64,000 bases of DNA from NCBI GenBank assembly GCA_964227855.1, contig CAXQWT010000040.1, forward strand, positions 2,548-66,547, in the 5' to 3' direction. This stretch comes from Salipiger bermudensis (lineage in GTDB: Archaea > Thermoplasmatota > Poseidoniia > Poseidoniales > Poseidoniaceae). The first letter of the stretch is position 1. Each line of letters opens with the position of its first letter. A program made the position numbers and the translations under genes. This document shows, one piece after another, positions 29,648 through 38,425 of the stretch. The notes under the pieces were generated by a model. It had not been told where the DNA came from and did not search any database. It saw nothing but the letters and a program-made list of their open reading frames with translations.

Positions 29648-30248
29648 TGGCCAACGTACCTTGTTTGCCAGGTGCCTGGTTGGCTCGCCAAGCGTGTACT
29701 TCAGAAAAACCAACATCCCTCCACATTTCTATCCATTCACGTTCTGAGAATGTAGACATGTGCACATCGAGTGCTTCTGGCCAACCAAGACTCTCCTCGT
29801 GTTCCGAATAATGATCGATTCCAATCACAGCCCACCCGCCATCGATTAACCAATCATCGTGAATTGATTGCAACATTTGCTTCGGTTCATGCAAATAGTA
29901 GATGAATTCCATTGAATGGATGAGATTGTATTGCTGTCCTGGCTTCGTTTGGGGAAACATTGCGAGATGATATTCGTTGCTCGAATCAACCGCCTTCGCC
30001 TTTGCAATCATATGTTCTGCACCATCGAATCCATCGGCTTTCGTACACGTTTCATGTTGAGCAGCCAGGCGGACAACCCATCCATTTCCACAACCTAAAT
30101 CAGCAAATGAGAATGAATCCACATCAGATAAGACACGCTCCAACGCAAGGTCCAACATCTCTCGAACAGCAGGACCATGCCCTCGTTCCATCCCCTCGTC
30201 TTTGCCTCGATGTGCCCAGTCGTTGAAGACGTCCGTTGCCTGCTTCAT
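29622..30248 (-). CDS. Class I SAM-dependent methyltransferase.
   Basis: The SAM-binding motif I is FADLGCGNGWVV, and a post-I acidic residue follows. The start was chosen at MKQATDVFNDWAHRG (ATG 30246-30248). It converges with the AddA-like 3' end (26-nt overlap) and is divergent from pip. Confidence 0.6.
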   Translation of the reverse strand: MKQATDVFNDWAHRGKDEGMERGHGPAVREMLDLALERVLSDVDSFSFADLGCGNGWVVRLAAQHETCTKADGFDGAEHMIAKAKAVDSSNEYHLAMFPQTKPGQQYNLIHSMEFIYYLHEPKQMLQSIHDDWLIDGGWAVIGIDHYSEHEESLGWPEALDVHMSTFSEREWIEMWRDVGFSEVHAWRANQAPGKQGTLAIIGKKSQR

Positions 30249-30318
30249 GTATGTGCCAGTGCATATGCCGAAAAAAGGCATCGAAAGCAACATGTTCCTT
30301 ATTCTCATGGGAGTGGGT

Positions 30319-31272
30319 ATGGGGTCACAATCCATCAATGACGTCTTGTATCCAAAAATCGAAGCATACGCAACAGGAATGCTTCCTGTTTCAGAACGGC
30401 ACACGATTGCCTGGGAATGTGCCGGCAACCCCGACGGAATACCTGTCATCGTAATTCACGGCGGTCCCGGAGGAGGAAGTCAACCCTCATATCGACAATA
30501 TTTTGATCCCCAAAAATGGAACATCATTCAGTTTGATCAACGAGGTTGTGGCAAATCAACACCTTATGCTGACCTCGAAGAAAACACGACAATGCATCTC
30601 GTTTCCGATATAGAGGTACTTCGAAATCATTTCAACATTGAGACATGGCATGTCTTTGGTGGTTCATGGGGCTCAACACTCTCGCTCATCTATGGAATCA
30701 CTCATCCTGAGCGTGTCCGTTCCTTCATACTTCGAGGTATTTTCATGTGCAGGAGATCAGAACTGCACTGGTTTTACCAGGATGGAGCAAGCCATGTTTT
30801 CCCTGACGCATTTGAACCCTACCAGCAACACATTCCTGAAGAGGAACAACTGACCCTCATCCCTGCCTACTACAGCCGATTAACGAGCGAGGATGTTCAG
30901 GTTCGAAGAAATGCAGCCAAGGAATGGACGCGATGGGAAATGGCAACGAGTCGCCTGTTCCCCGACCCCGAGTATCTCGATAAGGCGGAAGACCTCGATT
31001 TCGCAGTAGCATTCGCACGCATCGAATGTCATTATTTTATCAATGGAATATTCGTAGAAGATTCCTACATCCTCAACAATACGGAATCGATACAACACAT
31101 TCCTACAGTCATCGTCCAAGGCCGATACGATATGGTTTGTCCAGTCAAGAGTGCGTGGGAATTGCACAAGCAACTACCTAACTCGATTTTGCACATCATT
31201 CCAGATGCAGGTCACTCGATGGGTGAAGTACCGATTGCGAGAACCTTGGTCGAGGCTACCGATTCAGTGTAA
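30319..31272 (+). CDS. pip: Proline iminopeptidase (prolyl aminopeptidase, S33 family).
   Basis: LYPKIEAYATGMLPVSERHTIAWECAGNPDGIPVIVIHGGPGGG is the textbook Pip N-terminus. GGSWGSTL is the nucleophile elbow. An alternative ATG lies at 30307. Confidence 0.85.
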   Translation: MGSQSINDVLYPKIEAYATGMLPVSERHTIAWECAGNPDGIPVIVIHGGPGGGSQPSYRQYFDPQKWNIIQFDQRGCGKSTPYADLEENTTMHLVSDIEVLRNHFNIETWHVFGGSWGSTLSLIYGITHPERVRSFILRGIFMCRRSELHWFYQDGASHVFPDAFEPYQQHIPEEEQLTLIPAYYSRLTSEDVQVRRNAAKEWTRWEMATSRLFPDPEYLDKAEDLDFAVAFARIECHYFINGIFVEDSYILNNTESIQHIPTVIVQGRYDMVCPVKSAWELHKQLPNSILHIIPDAGHSMGEVPIARTLVEATDSV

Positions 31273-31511
31273 GAAGTACGCTTTAGAGACCTTGCAGTGT
31301 AAATGAGTCAATAAGGGAGAAGGAAGACGCATGAGGGCGAAGATGATGTTGCAAAACCGAGTAGGTTCCGGTTCCCCCAGCAGCCCAAAACAGAAGTTCT
31401 GACGCATAAGAATACTTTGACTCAGAACCAAATTATCACCTTCAAACAAGCGTCGGCTTCATAGGGTAAAGGCGACTGGGTTGAAATGGAGGCATTCCTC
31501 CGGGTGAAATA

Positions 31512-32300
31512 ATGAGTGAAGAAGGAACCCTCACCCCTGAAGTTCAAATCGGTCAACTTGAAGAGGCTCTGGCCACAGAAACCGACCGTTTGAAGAAACT
31601 CTTTGCAGCCTATGAGACTCAAGAGAAAGAACTGGTTGATGCACGAGCAGAAATTGAAGTTCTTGAAAAAGAAATCATCGATAAGGAAATCGAACGAGAA
31701 GCACAAGAATCGTTGATTGCAGAGAAAGATTTCCGCATCCGTGAACTGGAAATGAAAGCGACCAAGGCTGACAAGCGTGTTGAGCACTTGGAACCTGCCC
31801 TCCAGACTATGGAAGAGAAGTATTCCCGTGAAAAAGATCGTCTCGGCAAGGTCTTTGGAATAGCGGAAGAACTCGATAACGATCTGAAACTTGCTGTAAC
31901 AGAGATGAAAGCTCGTGACGATTGGTATGTTAATCATATGACACTCTTCGAAGATCTCAATAAAGCCATCAAGGAACGGTATGAAATGATTGAGCGCGCA
32001 GTTGAGGCTGAACGTCAATCACAGCACATGTCTCGGGCCTTTACTGATCGAATGGACGAGATGGTCGAAGCACGTGCAGCAGAAATGACCGTTGAAGAGG
32101 CAGAGTCTCTGATTGAAGAAGAATCGGCTGAAGAAACTCCAGAAGATGAAGCACCAGTAGAAGTATCTGAAGAGGTAGTTGAAGAAGCCGTTGAAGAGGA
32201 CGCTCCGGAAGAAGAGGTGGAAGCAGTAGCCGAAGAAGAAACTGAAGCACCTGCCGACGAGACTTGGAATTCGGACGTCGACCCTTGGGCTGACAACTGA
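31512..32300 (+). CDS. Coiled-coil protein with a highly acidic (E/D/A/V-rich) C-terminal tail; function unknown.
   Basis: Heptad-rich E/K/L/R sequence runs for ~170 aa. The tail EEAESLIEEESAEETPEDEAPVEVSEEVVEEAVEED... is very acidic. The sequence is low-complexity, but the ORF is long and directly upstream of psd. Confidence 0.45.
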   Translation: MSEEGTLTPEVQIGQLEEALATETDRLKKLFAAYETQEKELVDARAEIEVLEKEIIDKEIEREAQESLIAEKDFRIRELEMKATKADKRVEHLEPALQTMEEKYSREKDRLGKVFGIAEELDNDLKLAVTEMKARDDWYVNHMTLFEDLNKAIKERYEMIERAVEAERQSQHMSRAFTDRMDEMVEARAAEMTVEEAESLIEEESAEETPEDEAPVEVSEEVVEEAVEEDAPEEEVEAVAEEETEAPADETWNSDVDPWADN

Positions 32301-32311
32301 GGTGAAACAAC

Positions 32312-33166
32312 TTGGCTGGTCTCGCCCGAGGGGGGCATGCTCCTGTTGCAACGTTTGCACTAGCAGGAGTTGCAATTCTAATTGGCGGAGTCTATCTCGA
32401 TCCATTAAACGGCCTGCTGCCACTTTTGGGCGTTGTCTGTCTCATGATTGCCGTCTTCTTCGCAAATTTTTGGAGAGATCCAGATCGCCCAATACCCCAA
32501 GATTCTGGAATTCTGGTTTCTCCAGCCGATGGTCATGTGATGTTCGTCCGCCGAGAACGAGCCAACGGGCGTCGCCCATCTCGTACGGAGCGAGAAAAAG
32601 GGGGCATTGAACAAGATGAACTCACTGGCGATTGGTTTCCTAAGCCTTGTGAACATCCACTTTCTTTCGAAACTGAACAACGATTTGTTCCTGCTGAAGG
32701 AGCACCTCAGGATACAGACGTATGGCGAATAGCCATCTTCATGTCACCACTCGATGTCCATGTGAATCGTGCTCCTCGGGCTGCAAACATCATTGCTATG
32801 GAACACCGTACTGGAAAAAGTCGAAGACGCGGCCCATTTGCTCCCGCATATCGCAAAGAAAGCGAATTCAATGAACGAATACGGACGGTGTTTGAATCAG
32901 AAGATGGTGAACGTACCGAAGTGATGCAAATTTCCGGCGCTCTTGCACGAACAATCGTGCCATGGAAGGGCATTGGCGACGCGCTCCGTCGTGGTGAACG
33001 ATACGGAATGATTCGACTCGGCAGCCGAGTGGATGTTCGTGTCCCAGCGGCATCATATGAACCGCAAGTCATTTCTGCGGAAGAGAAAGATCCGAAGCAT
33101 CCGAAAGGACAATTCATCAAAGCAGGGTCGGACATCATCTTCAAAAAAATACAGGAAGAGGAATAG
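32312..33166 (+). CDS. psd: Phosphatidylserine (archaetidylserine) decarboxylase-related proenzyme.
   Basis: Two N-terminal TM helices precede LVSPADGHV, FMSPLDVHVNRAP and GERYGMIRLGSRVDV. The last segment contains a G-S pyruvoyl-forming site in the position of the LGST motif. A ~50-aa insertion is present. Confidence 0.65.
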   Translation: MAGLARGGHAPVATFALAGVAILIGGVYLDPLNGLLPLLGVVCLMIAVFFANFWRDPDRPIPQDSGILVSPADGHVMFVRRERANGRRPSRTEREKGGIEQDELTGDWFPKPCEHPLSFETEQRFVPAEGAPQDTDVWRIAIFMSPLDVHVNRAPRAANIIAMEHRTGKSRRRGPFAPAYRKESEFNERIRTVFESEDGERTEVMQISGALARTIVPWKGIGDALRRGERYGMIRLGSRVDVRVPAASYEPQVISAEEKDPKHPKGQFIKAGSDIIFKKIQEEE

Positions 33167-33180
33167 GCTGAGGTGGAGTA

Positions 33181-34347
33181 ATGTCGTCGGGTAAAGGTCT
33201 CACAATGCTGGGTGATGACTCAAAGGGTCTCAAGATTCACGACCTTGTCAAGGCACCTGCGAATACACCGTGGGCAAAGGAACGTCAACAGTCTTGGGAT
33301 GCTTCGTTCCCTGCAACGGTTTATTCCACTCCTGAGATGACAACAGAAGGACAGCCTTGTTCAGCAGTTACCGTCATTCTTCGAACCAAAGGATGCCACT
33401 GGTGGTGGTCATCCGGATGTACGTTCTGTGGTTACTTCAACGACACACGTGACGATGTCAACAGTGAAGATCTTCATGCACAATGGCAACATGCAAAAGA
33501 GAAATTCAACAATTTCGAAGGCCAAGAAATGGTGAAAGTCTACACTTCAGGTTCCTTGCTTGAAGATCGAGAAATACCCGTTGATTTCCAAGAAACAGTA
33601 CTTCGCGATTGTTTTGAACTCGGCAAGGAACTCATTGTTGAAAGCAGGACGGAGCAACTTACTGAAGAAAAGTTGGCCTGGGCGACATCGATTAATCCGA
33701 AGTTTACAGTTGCAATAGGTCTCGAGGCTTATGACGATGAAGTTCTGAGGTTTCATGTCAACAAAGGGTTCTCAGCTGCTTCATGGGACAGGGCTGTTGA
33801 ACGTCTCAAGAAATTCAATCTGCGAGTCAAAACCTACCTCATGTTCAAACCCCCATTCATGAGCGAGGCTGATGCCCTTGATCACTGTGTCAAATGGATT
33901 GAAGCAGTTGCTCAACAAAGCGACGAGATTTCTATCAATCCGATGAACATTCAACGTGGAACCGTCATCGATCGCCTTCACCGTCACAGAGAATACCGGC
34001 CGCCATGGTTATGGTCACTGGTCGAACTTATTCAGCAAAGCCACCACGTTGTTCATCCAAACGGCGGCGTCAACGGAGATGAAGGCCAGGTATCGCGTTT
34101 GATAATTCACCCAACGGCCGGTGGAAAAATTCGAGGTTCACACAACTGCGGAGAATGCGATGGAGAGGTTGTTGCTGCAATCGAACGATACGCAGTTTCA
34201 GGTTCATTGGATGAGTTCGATGGGCTGGAATGTGCGTGCAAGAATCGCTGGAATCAAGAACTAACCAATGACCGTTCAATTCCCGTTCCACTCGGCACCT
34301 CAATGCCAAGACGGGGTTCTCTAACCGACATCCTTCGCTCCCCATAG
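33181..34347 (+). CDS. Radical-SAM-like Fe-S protein of the archaeal TIGR01210/COG1244 family (the family that includes the archaeosine-pathway enzyme RaSEA).
   Basis: The Cys motif GCHWWWSSGCTFCGY (C-x7-C-x2-C) is non-canonical. It is followed by a TIM-barrel-like region. A further C-terminal cysteine cluster is CGECDG...CACK. Confidence 0.45.
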   Translation: MSSGKGLTMLGDDSKGLKIHDLVKAPANTPWAKERQQSWDASFPATVYSTPEMTTEGQPCSAVTVILRTKGCHWWWSSGCTFCGYFNDTRDDVNSEDLHAQWQHAKEKFNNFEGQEMVKVYTSGSLLEDREIPVDFQETVLRDCFELGKELIVESRTEQLTEEKLAWATSINPKFTVAIGLEAYDDEVLRFHVNKGFSAASWDRAVERLKKFNLRVKTYLMFKPPFMSEADALDHCVKWIEAVAQQSDEISINPMNIQRGTVIDRLHRHREYRPPWLWSLVELIQQSHHVVHPNGGVNGDEGQVSRLIIHPTAGGKIRGSHNCGECDGEVVAAIERYAVSGSLDEFDGLECACKNRWNQELTNDRSIPVPLGTSMPRRGSLTDILRSP

Positions 34348-34448
34348 GTAAGCCGGTTTATTGAGCGCTTCAATGATGCTCTTGGTGAATGTTTATCACC
34401 GCGCTTCGAGTCGGAGGCATGTCCAACTTGGGCACGTGAGGGCACATT

Positions 34449-34721
34449 ATGTCGAACAGTACAGAACTCCCCGATGCAGTTATTGGAACTGCAGAACCAT
34501 CTTCGAGCCGTGTAATTCTTGTCCTTCTTTCTGTAGTAACAGTTGGAATGTTTGGTCTCTTCAGCACAATTTTCGGATGGGATAACATTCCGGTCATAGG
34601 CGATATAGTGCCACTCATGTCCAATCTTGGAGGTTCAGGAATCTGGTACTATTTGCTTGGGTTCATTGTAGGCCTAGGAGCGATTGTATCCACGCTAGCA
34701 GGCGAGGTCCTAGCAGATTGA
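34449..34721 (+). CDS. Small 2-TM membrane protein.
   Basis: Two hydrophobic helices. The stop lies 1 nt before the start of the large membrane protein, suggesting co-translation. Confidence 0.35.
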   Translation: MSNSTELPDAVIGTAEPSSSRVILVLLSVVTVGMFGLFSTIFGWDNIPVIGDIVPLMSNLGGSGIWYYLLGFIVGLGAIVSTLAGEVLAD

Positions 34722-34722
34722 G

Positions 34723-36693
34723 GTGGTATGGATGATTGAAGTATTTGCAGCATTAATATTCTTCTTCACCGTCATTGGTTTTGCGACGTTCTATGTCCAA
34801 CGCGGCATTGGCAACATGGCAGATCCAATGCGCCAATTCGGTCTTTTCCTTCTCAACAAAGCACCTGCAGGAATTGTTGATCTTTTCAACGATGACAAAG
34901 GTAGCGGATCAAAGACTTGGATGAACCTAGGAATGATTTGGCTTACGTTCGCTGCGATTGGAACGTTTCTGGCTCTATGGCATGATTATGATGGCACTGC
35001 ACTCGATTCCTTGGCGAGCATTGGTTGGTCCTATGACGATGGAAGTGCTCTGAACACATTTGTTGATCTGACACTTATGACAGGGCTCATCTCAATTCTC
35101 ATCGGCGGTGGACTCGTTGCTGCAGCACGAGCAGGAGCAGGACGTCTGGCAAGTGAGGCGAACGCAAGCCTTACTGCAATTCTGTTCTCTGTCTTGACCA
35201 TTTCATCGATGCTCTTGCCAACCATTCTTGGTCTTCTTATCGACTTGACTCCTGCCAATGAAGCCCTCATCCAAGATCTCTTCATGCATGCTTTGCGCTC
35301 GTTCATCATTATCGCTGTAATGATCAACGTTCTCCTAACCGTATCACAGCGTAAAGGTGAGATTGTTTCTGCAAGTAACTGGTTCTTGTTCATGGCTCTT
35401 GCATCGTTTATCTTCGGATCCCAATTCAGGTTCTTTGGGGAGTTAGCCGGATCTACTCAAACCGTTTGGCTTGGTGAGCGAATGTCCCAATCTTGGACAC
35501 TTATCGCACTCATCTTCTCAGTCGCCTACCACGTTGTACCACGAGCTGCGAGCCGACCGATTTGGTCCGACTCGATGACCAAGGCGAGCCTCCTTCTCCT
35601 CTTCCTCACATTACCGCCGTTCATCCTATCTACAGCGGATGCTGGAACACTTCTGGAGAACCTTGGTGCCATTTTGATGACACTTGCTCTCCTTCCAATC
35701 ATGGCTGGTTCTGTGAACATCATCATGACTTCACTTAGCAACGCAACTGGAGTCGTCTCCCGTCCTGGAGCCCTTGCAGCAACATTGGCAATGGTCTTTT
35801 TCCCACTCTATGCGCTTGGCGGGTACTTCACTTCCTTGGATGTCTTCATCGGCCTTGGAGCCTTGAACGACATGGCTGCAACTGTCGACATCGGGTTCAT
35901 GTGGACCGTTGGTGGTTTGATGGCCGTGGCATGTGTCGCAGAATCCTACCCATTGGCTGGAAACCGCCAACTTGCATCACCTTCCTCAGCATCTCTTTCA
36001 ACGATGTTGATCGCCTTCGGTGGCGTCACATCGACGGTTGCTAAACTCATGGGTGACTTTACCGAGAAGGCCCTCCTTGACTCTGGTAGCGAAGATGTTG
36101 TCATGACCGATGGAGGCTTCAGCCTAACAGCAGCAGTTTTGTTTTATTTCGGCTCAATTGGTATCATCCTCCTGTTCCTTAACCTCATTCGAACCTCTAT
36201 TGGTGGAATGAAAGTCGACACCTCAGTCTCAACAGTTTCCGATATCTCTCGTTATTCGATGCAGCGTGGAGAATCCTCAATTCGCAAACTTTTGCAACGT
36301 GGCGTTGGAGTTGACACAATTCTCGTGGTCGGTGCGGATGTCGAAGACGATGGCGGCATGACCATTATCGACGTATCCTCAACCCTTCACAACGATGAAA
36401 TCGATGAGTTCCCGGTAGAGAAGAATGAATTGGAAATGTTGTCAGATTATCTTGAAAAGAAAGAGATGAGCATCTTCGAATTCTTCCGCTCGATTGATCT
36501 CGATGACTCCGGTCTTATTGATGGATATGAGCTACAACAAGCCCTACGAAGCGCTGACATCGCTGATCTTCCACCATGGGATATTGCCAAGTTGATGGCA
36601 TTCGTCGACCTTGATGGTGACGGACGAGTCAATCTCCCTGAACTTGACATTGCAATTGCTCGTGTTCGTTCAGGCGTAACTGAAGAAGAGTGA
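34723..36693 (+). CDS. Polytopic membrane protein (about 12 or more TM) with a C-terminal EF-hand pair.
   Basis: Many hydrophobic segments across ~480 aa. The C-terminal soluble domain carries two 12-residue loops, DLDDSGLIDGYE and DLDGDGRVNLPE, in canonical EF-hand spacing. Confidence 0.5.
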   Translation: MVWMIEVFAALIFFFTVIGFATFYVQRGIGNMADPMRQFGLFLLNKAPAGIVDLFNDDKGSGSKTWMNLGMIWLTFAAIGTFLALWHDYDGTALDSLASIGWSYDDGSALNTFVDLTLMTGLISILIGGGLVAAARAGAGRLASEANASLTAILFSVLTISSMLLPTILGLLIDLTPANEALIQDLFMHALRSFIIIAVMINVLLTVSQRKGEIVSASNWFLFMALASFIFGSQFRFFGELAGSTQTVWLGERMSQSWTLIALIFSVAYHVVPRAASRPIWSDSMTKASLLLLFLTLPPFILSTADAGTLLENLGAILMTLALLPIMAGSVNIIMTSLSNATGVVSRPGALAATLAMVFFPLYALGGYFTSLDVFIGLGALNDMAATVDIGFMWTVGGLMAVACVAESYPLAGNRQLASPSSASLSTMLIAFGGVTSTVAKLMGDFTEKALLDSGSEDVVMTDGGFSLTAAVLFYFGSIGIILLFLNLIRTSIGGMKVDTSVSTVSDISRYSMQRGESSIRKLLQRGVGVDTILVVGADVEDDGGMTIIDVSSTLHNDEIDEFPVEKNELEMLSDYLEKKEMSIFEFFRSIDLDDSGLIDGYELQQALRSADIADLPPWDIAKLMAFVDLDGDGRVNLPELDIAIARVRSGVTEEE

Positions 36694-36710
36694 AGCGAGG
36701 CGGTTGAACC

Positions 36711-37985
36711 GTGCGTATCGGGTTGGTTGGAAAACCAAATGTTGGCAAATCAACGTTCTTTGCTGCATCAACATTGATTCCAGTAGATATTGCGAATTAT
36801 CCCTTTTGCACCATCGAACCCAACGTTGGATTCTCATTTATTCCAAGCCGCCTTCCATGCCCATGCGGTTCTTTACGGGAGCGACTCGAGGAAGACGGAA
36901 GAGCGCAACTCAGCGATAGTCGTGGGGGAAGCATATGTTCTCCGCGCACAGGATCGTGTGAAGGCCACCAACGCTACGTCCCTTGCATGTTGGTCGATGT
37001 TGCAGGACTCGTACCAGGGGCAAGCCAAGGTCGTGGTCGTGGAAACGCCTTCCTTTCCGATTTAGCAGAATGTGATGCATTAATTCAGGTCATTGATGTT
37101 GCAGGAACGACCGATATTGAAGGAAATCCTACCGGCTTGAAAGCATCAAAAAACCAAGCGATTGAGCAAGCCCTGACAGAAGTTGAATTCTTGACGGGCG
37201 AACTTGACGCATGGATTCTTGGCCTTGTCAAGGACGGTTGGGCGAGAGGAGCGCGACGAATCCAAGCCGAGGGTGTGAAAGGATTCACACAATACTTGCA
37301 AGAGCGTCTTTCCGGATTGGGTGCAACCGATTCCATTTGCCAACGCTCGTTCGATGCATTTGCTCAACAACATCAGGATATGACATCTCCATGGGACTGG
37401 TCAGATGGTGTTCTTATGCTTCTAGCATCCTCAATTCGAAAGCATTTGTTCCCAATTTTTGTTGCAGGAAACAAAGCAGATCTTGCACCAGAAGGTGTTC
37501 TTGAGCATCTTCATGAGGCCCTACCTTACTTTACGCCATGTTCTGCTGAAACCGAACTTGCATTAAGGCAAGCAGCAAAAGCGGGATTCATTAAGTACGT
37601 TGCAGGAAACACCTCCTTTCAATTAAACGAAGATCAATCCATGAGCGATGCTCAGAGGAAAGGGCTCTCTGTCCTCTCAGAACGGGTTGAGAAGTTGCAA
37701 GGAACTGGGCTCATCAAATTACTTGATCAGGTACTCTTTGATGAGCTTCAACGAATTGTCGTTTACCCTGTACAAGACGAGAGTCAATGGACAGACGGTG
37801 ACGGAAATGTACTACCTGATGCACTTGTTGTCCAGGACGGAATACAAGCCAAACAAGTTGCTTACAAGGTCCATTCCGACCTTGGTGACGGATTTATCAA
37901 AGGCGTTGATGGACGTACTCGTCGAATTGTTGGAGCAGATCACGAACTATCCGATGGCGATGTTTTGAGAATACACTCAAAGTAA
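36711..37985 (+). CDS. ychF: YchF/Ola1-family Obg-like ATPase (GTP-binding protein) with a C-terminal TGS domain and a Cys-rich insertion in the G domain.
   Basis: G1 is GLVGKPNVGKSTFF and the start of G2/switch I is NYPFCTIEPNVG. DVAGLVPGAS follows. The TGS-like C-terminus is DGDVLRIHSK. The insertion PCPCGS...C...C...C sits between G1 and G3. Confidence 0.8.
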   Translation: MRIGLVGKPNVGKSTFFAASTLIPVDIANYPFCTIEPNVGFSFIPSRLPCPCGSLRERLEEDGRAQLSDSRGGSICSPRTGSCEGHQRYVPCMLVDVAGLVPGASQGRGRGNAFLSDLAECDALIQVIDVAGTTDIEGNPTGLKASKNQAIEQALTEVEFLTGELDAWILGLVKDGWARGARRIQAEGVKGFTQYLQERLSGLGATDSICQRSFDAFAQQHQDMTSPWDWSDGVLMLLASSIRKHLFPIFVAGNKADLAPEGVLEHLHEALPYFTPCSAETELALRQAAKAGFIKYVAGNTSFQLNEDQSMSDAQRKGLSVLSERVEKLQGTGLIKLLDQVLFDELQRIVVYPVQDESQWTDGDGNVLPDALVVQDGIQAKQVAYKVHSDLGDGFIKGVDGRTRRIVGADHELSDGDVLRIHSK

Positions 37986-37989
37986 GCCG

Positions 37990-38376
37990 TCAATGTCCTT
38001 TCGGGCGTTCATAATCAGGTGTGAGTCGAGAGAGTGTACTGGAATACTTTGCTGCACTTGTGAAGAAAAGCACAGTCGATGCGAGAGTAAGCACTGCTAA
38101 CATAATCAGCATATACCAGCCCCATGGGTCGATACTGCGTACGGTTGTGATGTAGATTCCCCACAACACAGTCAGGTAAAGGAAGGGGCGGTATCGACGA
38201 GTTACGGTACTAAGACGAGCGGACTTTAGTATGTCATCGTAGAGGTTTGCAGCATCATCTTTGTTGACATAACCGTGTTCTACTCCACATCGTGAGCAAA
38301 CCTGTGTGTTGGGTCCATTTCCATGGATAAAGAATTCTCGAGGGTATGTTCCTGAGCAGAGTCGACAGATAGGCAT
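37990..38376 (-). CDS. Small membrane protein with an N-terminal zinc ribbon and two TM helices.
   Basis: Zinc ribbon CRLCSG...CSRCG, followed by two hydrophobic helices. Confidence 0.35.
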   Translation of the reverse strand: MPICRLCSGTYPREFFIHGNGPNTQVCSRCGVEHGYVNKDDAANLYDDILKSARLSTVTRRYRPFLYLTVLWGIYITTVRSIDPWGWYMLIMLAVLTLASTVLFFTSAAKYSSTLSRLTPDYERPKGH

Positions 38377-38425
38377 CTTCTTCCCTCATCCCAATCCAAA
38401 TACTGCCGTCATTTCAACCATGCGC

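Noticed and set aside
29308-29747. ORFs 29308..29691 -, 29393..29716 - and 29517..29747 + over the AddA-like C-terminus and the methyltransferase convergence zone.
   Set aside because: They are fully overlapped by two strongly supported genes (AddA-like nuclease/Cys cluster and the SAM-MTase C-terminus) and have no motifs.
31487-31500. Hairpin GGAGG-catt-CCTCC located 12 nt upstream of the coiled-coil gene ATG.
   Set aside because: Only a 5-bp stem. It is too far from the stop of pip (240 nt, no T-tract) to be a terminator, and the GGAGG is 21 nt from the ATG, too far to act as an SD. It is probably chance.
32015-32423. Three overlapping minus-strand ORFs (S/A/T-rich, L-rich) across the 3' end of the coiled-coil gene and the start of psd.
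   Set aside because: They are reverse-complement reading of a GAA-GAG-GTx repeat coding for the acidic tail. They have no start context and overlap two well-supported plus-strand genes.
36704-36919. Alternative-frame ORF starting 7 nt upstream of ychF.
   Set aside because: The +1-frame neighbour (36711) encodes the canonical GKPNVGKST P-loop, so this frame is spurious.
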